A DNA stretch of 64,000 nt. Source: Lepidodermella squamata. Its lineage: Eukaryota; Animalia; Gastrotricha. Of this stretch, positions 44,750-57,221 are shown in pieces. The stretch lies in assembly GCA_047495785.1 (NCBI GenBank), contig JBLDXI010000024.1, forward strand, positions 434,001-498,000. The letters are read 5' to 3'. The number at the start of each line of letters is the position of its first letter. Positions within the stretch are counted from its first letter, which is position 1. The translations under genes were made by a program, and so were the position numbers. The notes under the pieces are model-generated. The model had not been told where the DNA came from. It worked only from the letters and a program-made list of their open reading frames with translations, and did no database searches.

Positions 44750-47700
44750 ATGCGGGGAAGACTGAAGGGCAAAATTGTGATAATATTCTTCACTCTGATG
44801 ATAATTGCTCAAACAGGTTAGCATTTATTTTTCAGCAAGAATTTAAAATTTATTCATTCCATAATAGCATCAGCTTCCGGCGATGAACAAAGCTTCTTAG
44901 CCCAACTATTGGCGAGCGTGGGCCTTCGCAGTGAAGGAATAGTACATACAGCGAATGATACTTCTGCCGAAGATGTAGTTGAAGCGAACGAGCGGATGCA
45001 TCATAGCGTCGGGCGGAAAGATGCGGTGGATTCTGCCTCGCGCGAATCATCCCACGAAGCAGATAGCCAGCAAAAAGTTACAGCTAAGCCAAAAGATCCA
45101 ACTTACATGATGTTGGGCAACGAGCAAGAGAGCGACGATTTCTCCGATGGCGATTATTCTCATAACGTTAAGCTGGAAGCTCCGATAGGACCTCAACGAA
45201 TTGCTAATTTATCCAATGCCGAGCGGCTACGACGTCATCACGTAATCTATTTTTTCTAGGCATTATCAGGCAGATTCGGAAATTTTCTTCTTGATTAGGA
45301 ATATATTTACGACGATGATAATCATTTTAAGCAATATAATGAAGACGAAATGGTAATATTTTCCCGTTGTTTGTTCATTGAACCTCACTTGAAATTTCTT
45401 ATCGGCTTTGCAGCCCTTGGAGTTCCGTGACTCGAATACAGGTCCAACAGGTCCCCGAACTACTCGTCGACCTAACGCACAGCCGCCGAGTTCTGAACCA
45501 GGATCTTGTTCCAGCCCGACAGCATGTTCCTGCTATACAATGCCCGGTCCATCAGGGCCAATCGGACAGCCCGGTCTGCCAGGAGTTCGAGGTGCGCAAG
45601 GCCCCCAGGGTGATCAGGGCCCCCCTGGACCTCCTGGTCTAAAAGGAGACCCCGGAAGGGTACGTCTGCGGTTTCCAACTTGATTTAGTTAGTAATTTTC
45701 GCGTATTTTATTACCAGGCTGGAAATCCGGGTACCGATGGAACAAGAGGACCCAAAGGCGATCCAGGAAGCCCAGGATTTACAGGACCCGGAGGAGACAA
45801 GGGCGATATCGGTCGCCCCGGCTTGAGTGGTCCGCCTGGCCCTCAAGGCAATCCTGGATTACCCGGGGTGAAAGGCGAAAGGGGTATTTTGATCTCAATT
45901 CGCAACATGGAGATGTATCGTATTGCCATGGTTTTTCAGGAACGGATGGACGACCAGGATGTGACGGCAAAGATGGAACTCCTGGAAAGCCGGGGACCAT
46001 GGGATTGCCAGGTGTGAAAGGAAATCAAGGCCCACGTGGCCCAAAGGTATAATTTAATTTTACATAGTAGCACATCATATACCGTTTTCTTTGCCAGGGT
46101 GAGTCTGGAGAAGCCGTTGGAACCCCTGGTGCGAAAGGTGCAAAGGGGGAGCCAGGGACTTGCGGACAAGTCGGTCGATCTGGTATTGATGGCATGGTAA
46201 CTACTGTTTTCACTTTACTTTACAGCTGGTTCTAAATGTTAATTAACAGCCTGGACCAAGAGGGCCAAAAGGAGACAAAGGAGAATTGGGTGAAAATGGT
46301 GAGAAAGGCAATCCTGGACCTCGCGGGCAGAAGGGAGAGAGCGGCAGCGCCAGGCCCGGTGTTAAAGGAGAACCAGGTCCAAGAGGCGACAAGGGTGATA
46401 GTGGACCGGTAACAACATATACTTGACTGCTATTGTTTTGATTCATATCCATCACTTCATGTCGCTCCCGAATTTTAGCCTGGTCCGCCTGGCGAACCTG
46501 GAATGAAGGGTGACAAAGGGGTGCCAGGTTAGTAAAAACTTTAACCGCATACAAGCTATCAGGCAAGATAATATTTTTCCTTTAATTCAGGTGCTCCCGG
46601 CGCAAACGGAAGAAGTCTTTCGACGGTCGGGCTTCCGGGACCTCGTGGTGTACCAGGAGAACCTGGCGATAAAGGCAACGTTGGGCCAAGAGGTTGAAAC
46701 TTTTAACTTACATGTCATCCCATAGTCACACAAATTCTGTTGTATGAAATTCAGGTCCTAAAGGCGAACCTGGCGTCGAAGGGTTACAAGGCAGTCGAGG
46801 TCTGATTAAAACCTTTTTGCACATTTCGTATTCATCTCATGCTTATCCTAGGTCTCCCTGGAGATCCTGGCCCTGAGGGACCAGCCGGCGAGCCCGGAGT
46901 TTGTGTTCAGTCCCCTTCAGAAACAAGAAGTGAAAAAGGTGACAAAGGAGACAAAGGTAGTCAAGGTCCTCCTGGAAATCCCGGTTCACGAGGCGAACCC
47001 GGTAAAGCTCTATCAACTCTTGTTAAAATTAGTGTCTATATGTGTGTTTTGTTCGCAGGTTCGCGCGGACCTCCCGGCAACACGGGCATGGATGGAAACC
47101 CTGGACCTAAGGGAGACCCAGGTTTGACTGATAATAGCATAATCATGACACACATAGCTTTGATCGTCTAAATAGGTCGACCGGGTGCGCCAGGTCCGAA
47201 AGGTGCGGCTGGTCGCGATGCTGATGGAGGCTCAGGGCCTAAGGGACCTCCTGGCGATCGAGGCGACAAAGGGGAAATGGGTGTTAGAGGAGTCAAAGGT
47301 GATCGCGGTCCCAAAGGGGATTCAATGATGGGTGCCCCTGGTGAAAAAGGTAATCGAGGTGCGCAGGGCCCGCCTGGTCTGCCTGGTAGCCAAGGCCCAC
47401 CTGGCCCCAAAGGTGACACCGGGGAAGACGGTTTACCTGGTCGGCAAGGTCCACAAGGCGATAAAGGTGAGAGAGGTGAAAGCTTCGGAGGCCTACTTAC
47501 CAGCTACGTCTACGCCCGGCATTCTCAGACAACTGACGCCCCTGCTTGCGCTGCGGAGGATCACATTCTACTCTGGCGAGGATTTAGTTTGCTTCATACA
47601 GAAGACGAAGGCCGCGCTTTCGTCCAAGACCTTGGCCATGCAGGATCTTGCCTCGCTCACTTCGAAGCTATGCCATTCATTTTCTGCGGAGCCAATGAGG

Positions 47701-48289
47701 TTTGCACATGGGGCGCTAGAACAGCAACTTCTTACTGGTTGGCGAGTGATACGCGGCAGGAATACATCAATCTTTACGGCCTTGATGACTCACGTGAACG
47801 TCCATTGACTACAGATGAGGAAATCCTGAAGCAGATCTCTCGCTGCTCTGTTTGCTTGTCGTTTGGACCCCTGCTAGCTATCCACTCGCAAAACTCAACA
47901 GTACCAGCTTGCCCATCTCCTAAATGGCAATCTCTGTGGACTGGATACAGTTTTGCAATGGTTAGAACTAATTTTCTAATTTTTTAACACGTTTTTTATT
48001 GTTATTCTTGCAGCATGCTGTAGGTCCTATGGGCGGTGGCCAACCTTTGGAATCACCTGGAAGCTGTTTACCGGACTTCCGCCATCACCCTTACATTGAA
48101 TGCACCGCATCTGGCCAATGCGCTTATTACTCGGAGAAAATGACGTATTGGCTGGTTGCATTCGACAAAATGCGGAGAACTGGCGCTGGAGCAGCCGCGA
48201 CCATTAGGAAGCGCCAAGACGCCATCGGTGCGATTGCCAGGTGTAGAGTTTGCACTTTGCGCACCTCATCAGGACCTTCTTCAGATTAA
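44750..48289 (+). CDS. Short type IV-like collagen chain C (913 aa, 15 coding exons)
   Basis: Exons 44750-44816, 44868-45241, 45299-45352, 45414-45659, 45718-45883, 45940-46046, 46098-46196, 46250-46408, 46479-46527, 46591-46692, 46755-46799, 46852-47001, 47059-47121, 47176-47960, 48014-48289; Gly-X-Y aa210-663; 12-Cys NC1. Confidence 0.9.
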
Positions 48290-48831
48290 AAACCCTGCCA
48301 TGTGTATTCCGATCGACATCATCTCAGTATTTGCGTTAACTTTTGTAAATCTTGTTTATTTTTGTTATACTTGAATCGAGCAAAATTGCTGCTGCTAGTT
48401 TTTACGTTTTGTATAACCGAGCAAATCTGTCAGGCGATACTCATTTTTCTTCTTCCATCATCTCATTTGTCTTTTGATCTACAGCTGTAAATGCCAAGCA
48501 TAACTACTGCTATTGATGTTGTTCGCTTATAGCGAGGAAAGCCGTCGAAATTTCTCCTGGGATAAACGAACAAAAGACGCAATGATTTCTGGAGACTGAA
48601 AAATAAAAACTCGGAATAATTTCTCTTGTTCTGGCTACTTCGCTGCGGTGCATTTATTGATCGTATGCTGCACTTGAAAATTCAATCATCGAAATTTCAA
48701 ACGGACGCGATACACCAAGGACTATACACGGCGAAAATGCAAAAAATAGCTTATCAGTTTATTCGGGTAGCATCAACTCAATGGCACATATTAGTCGTAA
48801 ATTTAAAAATGCGCAGCTCAGCATCAAGAAT

Positions 48832-49969
48832 TTATCTGAGCGAAAATATTAAAGATAGCGCCAATGCAGCACCAGAAACAACAGCTAAAGAGCCCATAGT
48901 GATTGTAAAAGTTCTCAATCGATCGCTTAGTCGATCATCGATTTCCTTGGCAAATTCAGACGGTAATTCAGTCGAATTCATGGGTTGCTCTCGAATATTC
49001 AACGCTGGTTTGCTCATAATGTCATCGTTGATAATAGGCGTTAATTGATTCAGAATCAGCACGACTGAATCGAGTTTCATGTTGGCCAAATTAATAAAAT
49101 GAAGCAGTTCCGTCATATCAGGCCCAGCTGGCATTTTATGCTGAGGCACGCTGCTTTTCGAGGGTTTGTCTTCTCCAACCCCTGAGAGTAATATTGCAGC
49201 CGAGTTGATTCCGACCAATTTCGAGAATTCCTCTAAAAATTTGGTATTTTTCTCAGAAGAGACGGTAACTTCTTTTTCCAAGCGGCCAACCATCTCTTGC
49301 AGCTGTATACACTGATTAGCTGAAGCATCCACCTGAAAATAACATATGAATATTTGTTGCTAAATATGAAAAGTTCATTACCGCGGTGTGAAGTTCTCGA
49401 ACTCGAAGGTACCCTGATAAACCGGTCGCTATGGCTCCTAGTAGAGCCCCAGCTACTGATCCAACAACGGAGAAATATTTCGTTCGCTCGCCGTAAACCC
49501 GTTCCTTCTCATGGCTGTGGCGTAGAGCTGTTGAAAGCTGGCTGAAAGCAGAACGCTCGGCTTGTTCGAGGACATCCAACTCTGCCCGAAGGCTGTTCTC
49601 TTGTCTGAGGAGGCCATGTTCATTCGTAACCAGATCGAGATATCGATCGTCACCCCGAGACATTTTCGCCAATTGGTTTTGTACCGATTTCAGGTTATTT
49701 TGCAACTCAGTCAGCTGTGTCTGCTTATCGCGTCTGCTTATTTGCGACTTGACGAATGATTCTTCTTGCTTCAATGAAATGGCAGAAAAAAATTAGGAAA
49801 ATTCTTCGGAGAGAATTGAAATGCTAACTTTAATGACATTTTCTTGAGCTGTTCGCACCTCCTCGATTCCAACAACTTGTTCAACTGTTTTTACAAGCCG
49901 ACTCGTCGAGGCGAAAACTCGCCCTTGGACAATTTTAAAGACCGTCCGAGAACGGTGCGATAAACTCAT
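48832..49969 (-). CDS. CCDC51: Coiled-coil protein 51 / mitochondrial potassium channel (MITOK)-like
   Basis: Exon 1 MSLSHRSR..EQVVGIEEVRTAQENVIK; exon 2 RGDDRYLDLVTNEH..ERSAFSQLSTALRHSHEKER..ERTKYFSVVGSVAGALLG; C-terminal hydrophobic helix. Confidence 0.88.
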
Positions 49970-50156
49970 TTAAAACACTAAAATCCGATGAAAATGAGTC
50001 AATAGCGTGATTTATTCTTGTCATACTTTAATTCACATTTCGGAGCGTCCATTTCAATGAACTCGGACAGAAAGAAAGAAAACAGAAGATACTACACAAG
50101 AAGGTATGAATATTAAGAAATTGCAATTTAGGAAACAATATTATATATTGTATCGG

Positions 50157-51287
50157 CTAATTTTTCTCGGCTACTCGGAGCTTGGCAGATCGAGCTCGCG
50201 GGTTCGACTCAATCTCGGCATGAGATGGCACAATTACGTTGTTGTGATGATGGCCGTTGACTATTTCTCGATTAGGTACCGGCTTCCATTTACGCGAAAG
50301 CAGCGATGCCATTTGAGAAGCAGTGAGAGGTTCAGTGCTAGTACGCAAACGCGAATGCAAATACGAATTATCGACGCCAGCCGGAGTTTGAATGTTAACC
50401 GCGTGAAACACGCGCTTAACTATGCGGTCTTCCAATGAATGGAACGATATGACCATACATCGACCTTTAGGTTTCAGCAAATCGTGAGCTAGGTCGATGC
50501 CGTAACACAAATCGTTCAACTCATCATTAACGAATATTCGCAAGGCTTGGAAAGTCCTAGTAGCAGGATGAGCAAATCGACCTAATTTGTCGCGGTTGAA
50601 AACCTCGCCGCGAAAGGAAACTGCCGATATCAAGGCCGCTAACTGCGTGGTTCTCGTTATAGGCCCTCGAGAATTTCGAAAATCAACTATAGCCCGAGCA
50701 ATTTCGTCAGCATTTTTCTCCTCGCCGTAAACTTTGATTATTTTCGTTAGATCGCAAACCGACAGTTGGTTAACGACATCAGCGGCACTTGGCGTGTCCT
50801 TCTCGTGAGGCCCGCCCATTCGCATGTCAAGGGGACCGTCGTGCGAGATGGAAAATCCACGCTCAAAATCGTCAAACTGAGGGCTCGAGACTCCCAGATC
50901 AAACAACACTGCATCGACTATTACATCTGGTTCGATTTTTTTACGAAGGTCCCGAAAGCGGCCGAGATGGGCGGAAATTCTGTTCTCCTGCAGGCTTTTG
51001 CAGCGTTCGATCGCTTCAGGGTCGCGATCCAGACAAATGACCCGAGAATTGGGCCAGTAGTCTAATATCGCTTTCGTGTGGCCTCCACAGCCATATGTCA
51101 TGTCAATAACTGTCGGATTTGAGGAGGATTTCATCACTGGTTCCATACTTTTGAGCACTTCTTCCAGTAATACAGGCATATGTCGCGGCGGGGTCGGCGT
51201 ACTTTCCTGAGTCAATTGATGCTTACTTCGCCGAAAAATCGCTAGAAGAAGACTTTTTGGGCTGTGAAGAAGTTGCTTTGTGAGCAT
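50157..51287 (-). CDS. METTL15: Mitochondrial 12S rRNA N4-methylcytidine methyltransferase (RsmH/MraW family), intronless
   Basis: HMPVLLEEV, IDMTYGCGGHT, LDRDP, DLGVSSPQFD..RGFS..DGPLDMRM, HPATRTFQALRIFVNDEL, ISFHSLEDRIVK, NPRARSAKLR. Confidence 0.96.
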   Translation of the reverse strand: MLTKQLLHSPKSLLLAIFRRSKHQLTQESTPTPPRHMPVLLEEVLKSMEPVMKSSSNPTVIDMTYGCGGHTKAILDYWPNSRVICLDRDPEAIERCKSLQENRISAHLGRFRDLRKKIEPDVIVDAVLFDLGVSSPQFDDFERGFSISHDGPLDMRMGGPHEKDTPSAADVVNQLSVCDLTKIIKVYGEEKNADEIARAIVDFRNSRGPITRTTQLAALISAVSFRGEVFNRDKLGRFAHPATRTFQALRIFVNDELNDLCYGIDLAHDLLKPKGRCMVISFHSLEDRIVKRVFHAVNIQTPAGVDNSYLHSRLRTSTEPLTASQMASLLSRKWKPVPNREIVNGHHHNNVIVPSHAEIESNPRARSAKLRVAEKN

Positions 51288-51735
51288 TTTTCTGTCGAGT
51301 ATTCACCTCCAGGAAGGCAGCGGGTAGGGATGGATGCAACGTAGGTATGTCCAAATCCTCAGTTTCCTGAAAATGAAACCATCATTAGGGCAAGATTAAA
51401 ACATAATAATATTTCTAACCAATCTTCTCACGTCCAGGGTAACTCGTTTAACCAGCAGTTTTCCACTTGGTAGGTCGTAGACTTGTTCGTAAAATTCGTT
51501 GGCAATATCTCCGTCTTCGTCGATTAGCAGTGAGCTATTTGGAAAATATATTTAAATACTTCGTTAATTTTGTTGTCAAATAGTATTACCTTCGACGGGA
51601 AGTCACAAATGGGGTGCAATTAAGCGAGTTCAAATTAAAAGTCTTCGGGGCAGAATTATTGTTATGACTGTCGGATGAACCACGAGAGAACCACTTAGAT
51701 GGCAACGTCAACAGACTTGACGCCCAAGACCACAT
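51223..51735 (-). CDS. TUSC2: TUSC2/FUS1 homologue, 3 exons; not in ORF track
   Basis: Exons about 51735-51590, 51535-51420, 51366-51223 splice to ..TPFVTSRRSSLLIDEDGDIANEFYEQV..LDIPTLHPSLPAAFLEV.., matching the TUSC2 signature PFVFTRRGSMFYDEDGDLAHEFYEE..LDHPRIHVDFPVILYEV. Confidence 0.88.
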
Positions 51736-52522
51736 TTTCTTACAATAAACTGCATTCAAACCCTAAAGCTAATAAAGCACAAATTAAAAACTAAAATTGT
51801 TTGCGACAAATAAAGGGGTTTATTATTTTGTTATTTATCAATCACCATCAAATAGCCACCAGTTACGCGGGAAACTTTTGCATAATGGTTTGTACACGCT
51901 AAAAATAGACTAAACAGACTTCAATCATTCAGTTAGTAGCCGATTTCAACCCGGCCAATCATCTATTTAGACCTAACATCGTATAAACATTATTAAATGA
52001 TCCTCCTGTAACGGATTTGGCAATAATGTCAATTAACAGCAGTCATAACAAGAATTTTAGTAAGAAGTAGAATAGTGATAGAATATCTATCATATAGATT
52101 ATGCTGATTTTGATTTTATTTTTTCAACTAGAAAACCTTATTAACAAGAGTAGATTAAAAATATAGTAAAGGAATGATTTTAGTCACAACATGATTACTA
52201 TTTTTCTATTCTTGAAGCTGTAATACGTCGACCAAAAGATTGATGGCATCGGTTGTGTTCATGTCCAGTTCGCGGGGTATTGAAAAAGGAAAGTCCGGAT
52301 AGTCGATTTGTTAAAAGACAACAATGTGAATGATTTCACGCTTGAGCGGAAGCACAACAAGAAAATATAGGTAAGTAGCTATCTTTCAAAAAAAACCAAT
52401 CGTAATGAAGCTACTAAATTATCCAAAGACATTTGCACCGTTACACGTAATGATGACTGTTGGATGGCAAGTAGCTAAACATAAAAGCGCATCAAAAACT
52501 GTTTCACTCTGTCTTTCATGGT

Positions 52523-54556
52523 CTAATACAATCGCTTCTCGTATGAGTGTAGGCTGTGAACACCACCCTCGACCTGGGCTTGAGTCGTTCGCTTCTCAAA
52601 CTTCAGTTCACCTGAATACATCATGGCTCGTAGGGCGCTCAAGGAACGAGCACCAATATCCTGGCAACCATGACGAATTCCAGCCAGCAAATAGGGGACG
52701 AAACGGTGTACTGATCCCTTGTCCTCGATTGCTCCGGAAACTCCCTGAGCGACTTTAACGGCAGAAGCTTCGCTGTAGTATCGCTTCTGTGCAGATTTGC
52801 CCTTGTCCATGGCATCCAGCGATCCCATTCCACGATAGCGCTTGAGACGGACGCCATTTTCGAAGAAGTATTCACCGGGTGCTTCTGTTGTACCAGCAAG
52901 CATAGAACCCATCATGACCGTGGAAGCTCCCAAAGATAAAGCTTTGATCAAATGCCCTACATATCGTACACCGCCGTCCGCAATTACCGGAACGCCAAAG
53001 CGACGAGCGTACTCTGATACCCGATAAACGGCAGTGGCTTGAGGACGACCTACAGCTAAAACCTCCTGAGTAATGCAAATACTACCCGAACCCATGCCGA
53101 CTCTAAGGCCATCAGCACCGGCATCCAACAAATTTTTCGCTTGGGCAGCGGTAACAACTGTTAGAAATGTATTAGTTTAGGCAGTTAATTGTAAATTGAG
53201 CACCTACCATTGCCTGCAATAACCTGAATGTCGGGGCGATTGGATTTAATGTGATGAATCATGTCGATTTGATAGATTGAGTTGCCCTGAGATGAATCTA
53301 GCACCACAACATCAACTCCTGCGTTCGCTAATAGTTCCAAGCGATTGTAGTCATCGATGTGAGTAGACATGGCGGCACCGCACAACAGCTGGTCCTTTGA
53401 ATCCTTAGATGCCTGAGGGAAATCCCGGCTCTTCTTCAAATCCGTTCGGGACATGATGGCGACAAGTTCGTCGTCTTCGTTAACGATCGGAAGTTTTCCT
53501 TTGACATGAATAGAAGCTTCACATGGTTCTTAAGTTCTTAAGCATTTGCTTATCGTACCTTTCTTGCTCTCGCGAAGAATACGGCTAGCTGCTTCGAGGC
53601 TGGTTCCTGCCGGAGCAGTCACCAAGTCATCCCGACGTGTCATGAGCTTAAGTGGAAGCGGATTATGTTTATTTCTTCATTTTTGTACTAGATTCGATGT
53701 TAAATGTTACCTCCGAAATTTTCAAGTCATAAGCGTCCTTGGAGATAAAATCGATATCGCGCTGTGTGATGAGACCAACTAGTTTCCCGCCAAGCTTCCC
53801 ATTGTCTGTTACAGGAAAACCACTGAACCCATACAGTCTTTTGGCATCTATCATATCCTGAACAGTTTTATCAGCCGACATGACAACGGGATCAGTGATG
53901 AAGCCTTGTTTGTATTTCTTGACTTTCCACACTTCTTCAGCCTGCCACTCCGGCGTTCCATTGTGGTGAATGATACCAACGCCACCCCAAAGCTGTAGGG
54001 CAACCAACATATAGTGTCATTTCAGATATTTTGTAAATAATTGTGCATTACCGCCAGAGCTATAGCCATTTTAGCCTCAGTCACCGTGTCCATAGGCGAT
54101 GATGCTATCGGCGTTTTCAGGGTAATTTTGCGGGTGAGTGCTGAGGTCAAGTCAACATCGTCTGGAGGAAAGTCAATGTATCCAGGCAGGATAATGAAGT
54201 CGCTGAAAACTCAATCGTAAAAGTAGAAATGCAACACGAATTGGGCTTACTTATAAGTTAGTCCCTCGCCCTGCGATAGGAGCTGAGCAGCAGAGAGACC
54301 ATCATCGGGTACATAGGCAGCACCTCCCGTGATCAGAAAATCAGTACTGAAAAGACAAGAGTAAGATTAAAGCACCGGTTGGAGATGCTGGGAAGCTTGT
54401 TGAGTTTTAACAAAGGGACACAGAATTATCATATAAGCTGAACCAGCCGCTATTTTCAACTAAAATTTTAAACGAAGAGTACCTTTTCTTCTTCGCGAAC
54501 GGATCTGAATGGTTATTGTTGTAGTTGTTAACAACGTTATTCGAATTAGTCAACAT
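52523..54556 (-). CDS. IMPDH: Inosine-5'-monophosphate dehydrogenase, multi-exon
   Basis: [46 protein letters not shown] pair, LDSSQGNS, catalytic [34 protein letters not shown]-stop. Confidence 0.97.
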
Positions 54557-56861
54557 TGTTCCGACTAAAGCGATGAAACTGCACCTTGAAAACTGTCAAC
54601 AGTTGATTACAGCGAATACTGTAAGAAAAATAGTATGGTACACTTTAAGACGCAGCAAGAGGTGATAGCGACAGCGTTCTTCTTACTACTGGTTTTGGGC
54701 GGTATGGCTCTAACCCTGCGGTCCCGTAAGTCGGATGAACCGCCGCACAGACGCGGGCATAATACACGTCAAGGACGAAATTATTTTTTAGCGAATGCTA
54801 TTAATTATTAAGAATATTTTTCCCCTAACCATTTTTGTATTGCTTAATAGTGGCAAAGCAGATCATTTTTAAGTTTTCGGGGCAACTGAAAAATCAGCCG
54901 CGGCCTTGGACCTTGGATCCAGTATCCGCGATTCTCACCAAGTCGAGTTATCTCTACCGACCACCTCCATGCATGTTAACAGAACTGCTGGAAAGTCATA
55001 TCTTTGATTCGTATTAAAACTACAGGCGCTTGAGCAATCAGTTGGAAAATTGATGGTTGCATACCACGAACCATCAGACCTTTTGGAAAATTTAAATGAA
55101 ATCGGATTTTGAAGACTGATGCGCAAAGAGGCTATTGTGCAGTATGCTGTACTCTTTTTGAAGGATGGCTTGAACAACGCTTGGACTTACTAAACTGCGC
55201 TTTATTGCGGCGGAAGGTTGTGGATAAGTTTTACCGGTAAGTAAACTCGTACATTTAGAAATAAAATAGCGGGAGAAGCTCCAAGCGAGACATTCGCTGG
55301 CGGTGTGTTCTATAATATATATCGGTTTGAACTTGAGAGCATGGAGCTGCAATGTTTAATTAGTGAGATAAAAAGCCGCTGATAAGCCCAGCTTTGATGA
55401 GTACGGCCGGGCCAGTTTGTCCTGGCGTTTCCAAGTGATAACTATGTGTGCGTGCATCACATGACCTAGATAAATAAATATCGCTATGGTTTCTGGTTTT
55501 AGAAAATCTCATTTTGAAATCGGTGTTAGTTGCAACTTTTCAGCGCGGCTCGAGGACTTCAAGCTATTTGGTATCTAAATTTCGACTTGCTCGTCGAATG
55601 ATTGTAAATAAACTAGATTTCTGACTGTGGAAAAGAAAGATCTCTATAGGCTTCAATACTCGTATTTACGAATAGACAGACGAAATACGTGTGAGAGAAA
55701 ATCCTTCCACGTTATATAATATAATTGTTATCGGTGATAGGAACATCCCTTAAAGATTGATTGAAACGTTACGATTAGGTGCAATTACCTTGTTTGTGAC
55801 ATCTGGCTCTTGGCGGACTTGTAGGCCACACGTGCAGTATAGGAATCAGGGTGTCGTGACATTGCTGAAGATCCTACGGGATCGTCGCTTTGCATATATT
55901 CTATTTGAAGTAGAAACATATTTAACGTTTTCTGACAAAATTTGACAGCGCTGTTAATAGTCACAGTTTCAGAACCCAACACATCAGATGAGTTAGATCT
56001 AGCTGGATCACCTAAATATAATCCAGATGTTAACCGTATGGCGATCGAAAACTCAACGCAAAACTGAACGGGATTCAATAAATCACGCACAACTGTCCAG
56101 TCCTTTGCTTATAATTCGCATGCCATTTGCGAACAATTTATCATAGACGCGTTCCTTGAATTATTCTTGAAAAATACTAGAACTGAATGCAATTAGTAAA
56201 ATTGTATTCGATTTGACCACATATTCACCTTGGAAAAATAATTGTTCCGATTGGCAGCGGTACCGTTGTACTTGGGCTATGAATTTATATCTCTCATAAA
56301 CGCTTATAATTAATATCTATGCTAAACTCGTAGCAAGGAATTGACGAGACAATAATGATAGCAAGAATTACTTTGGAATTCGTCTGGTAAGTTGCCGATT
56401 TCTTGCATTATTTATGCGTATCTAATTTAGCCGCGGAGAAATTCCGAGTTTTACTTGTTTGAACAAACCGAGATAAAATAGTTGATGAGATAGAGAATAA
56501 CTTGGAAGATGGATAACAGAGAAGCAATATTGCATTCCGGCAAGCTCACGACACTAGCATTCACAAGAAAGATCTTAATAATCTGCAGATTATTGTAGAT
56601 GTGTGCCTGCACCGGCGAATTGATTTTTTAAGCCGCTCACTATTCATGTTTCGTTCGATTAGGTGAGTTTTTTAGAAGCAAAAATTGACTTCCCCTCTGC
56701 GCTACGTTTACAACAAATTAATCTGCGACAAAGTCTCGAGACTTGGATCCAAAAGCAATCATTGCATTTTTGAATAATCATAATGCATTTAATATAATTC
56801 TGCTTCTCGACACCGCTTGACGCCTATAATCGGTGGGAATTATTCAGTTTCTTTGCGAAGC

Positions 56862-57221
56862 TACCCTAATTTATCCGAACTCGAAAAATAGTGAAAAATT
56901 GGGCAATTATTCGAGGGAGGCAATTTTATTAACCCCGAAACGTCACTTTAATCAAGTCCATAGGTTGATATGAGCAGCCTCCATAAGGCTTGCCACTTTG
57001 AACCTTTTATGCAGTAGTAATTCGCAGTCGGAAAAGCCATTCCTAATAATTTCAGGCCACATGATTTTCCAGGCTTCTCAGTCTGTTTTTCAGCCGCCTG
57101 GTTATTATTCGAGGCGGGATATTATGTTAGATTTAGACCCATTATTTCTATGCATTTTCAGGGCTCTTATTCGAGGGGGGGTATTCCTTGAGGTAGGATA
57201 TACTATCGATAAAATACGGTA
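56862..57221. mobile_element. Degenerate TA-flanked MITE (Tc1/mariner/pogo-like ends)
   Basis: Left end TACCCTAATTTATC and right end reverse complement TACCGTATTTTATC (12/14 match); three internal TTATTCGAGG motifs. Confidence 0.45.

Noticed and set aside
55118-55240. Plus-strand frame GYCAVCCTLFEGWLEQRL, reminiscent of a DBF4-type zinc finger
   Set aside because: The His ligands are missing, a stop lies just upstream and no gene model could be built; at best a relic.
55785-56090. 101-aa minus-strand ORF ending near a possible donor
   Set aside because: No recognisable motif and no supporting adjacent exons.
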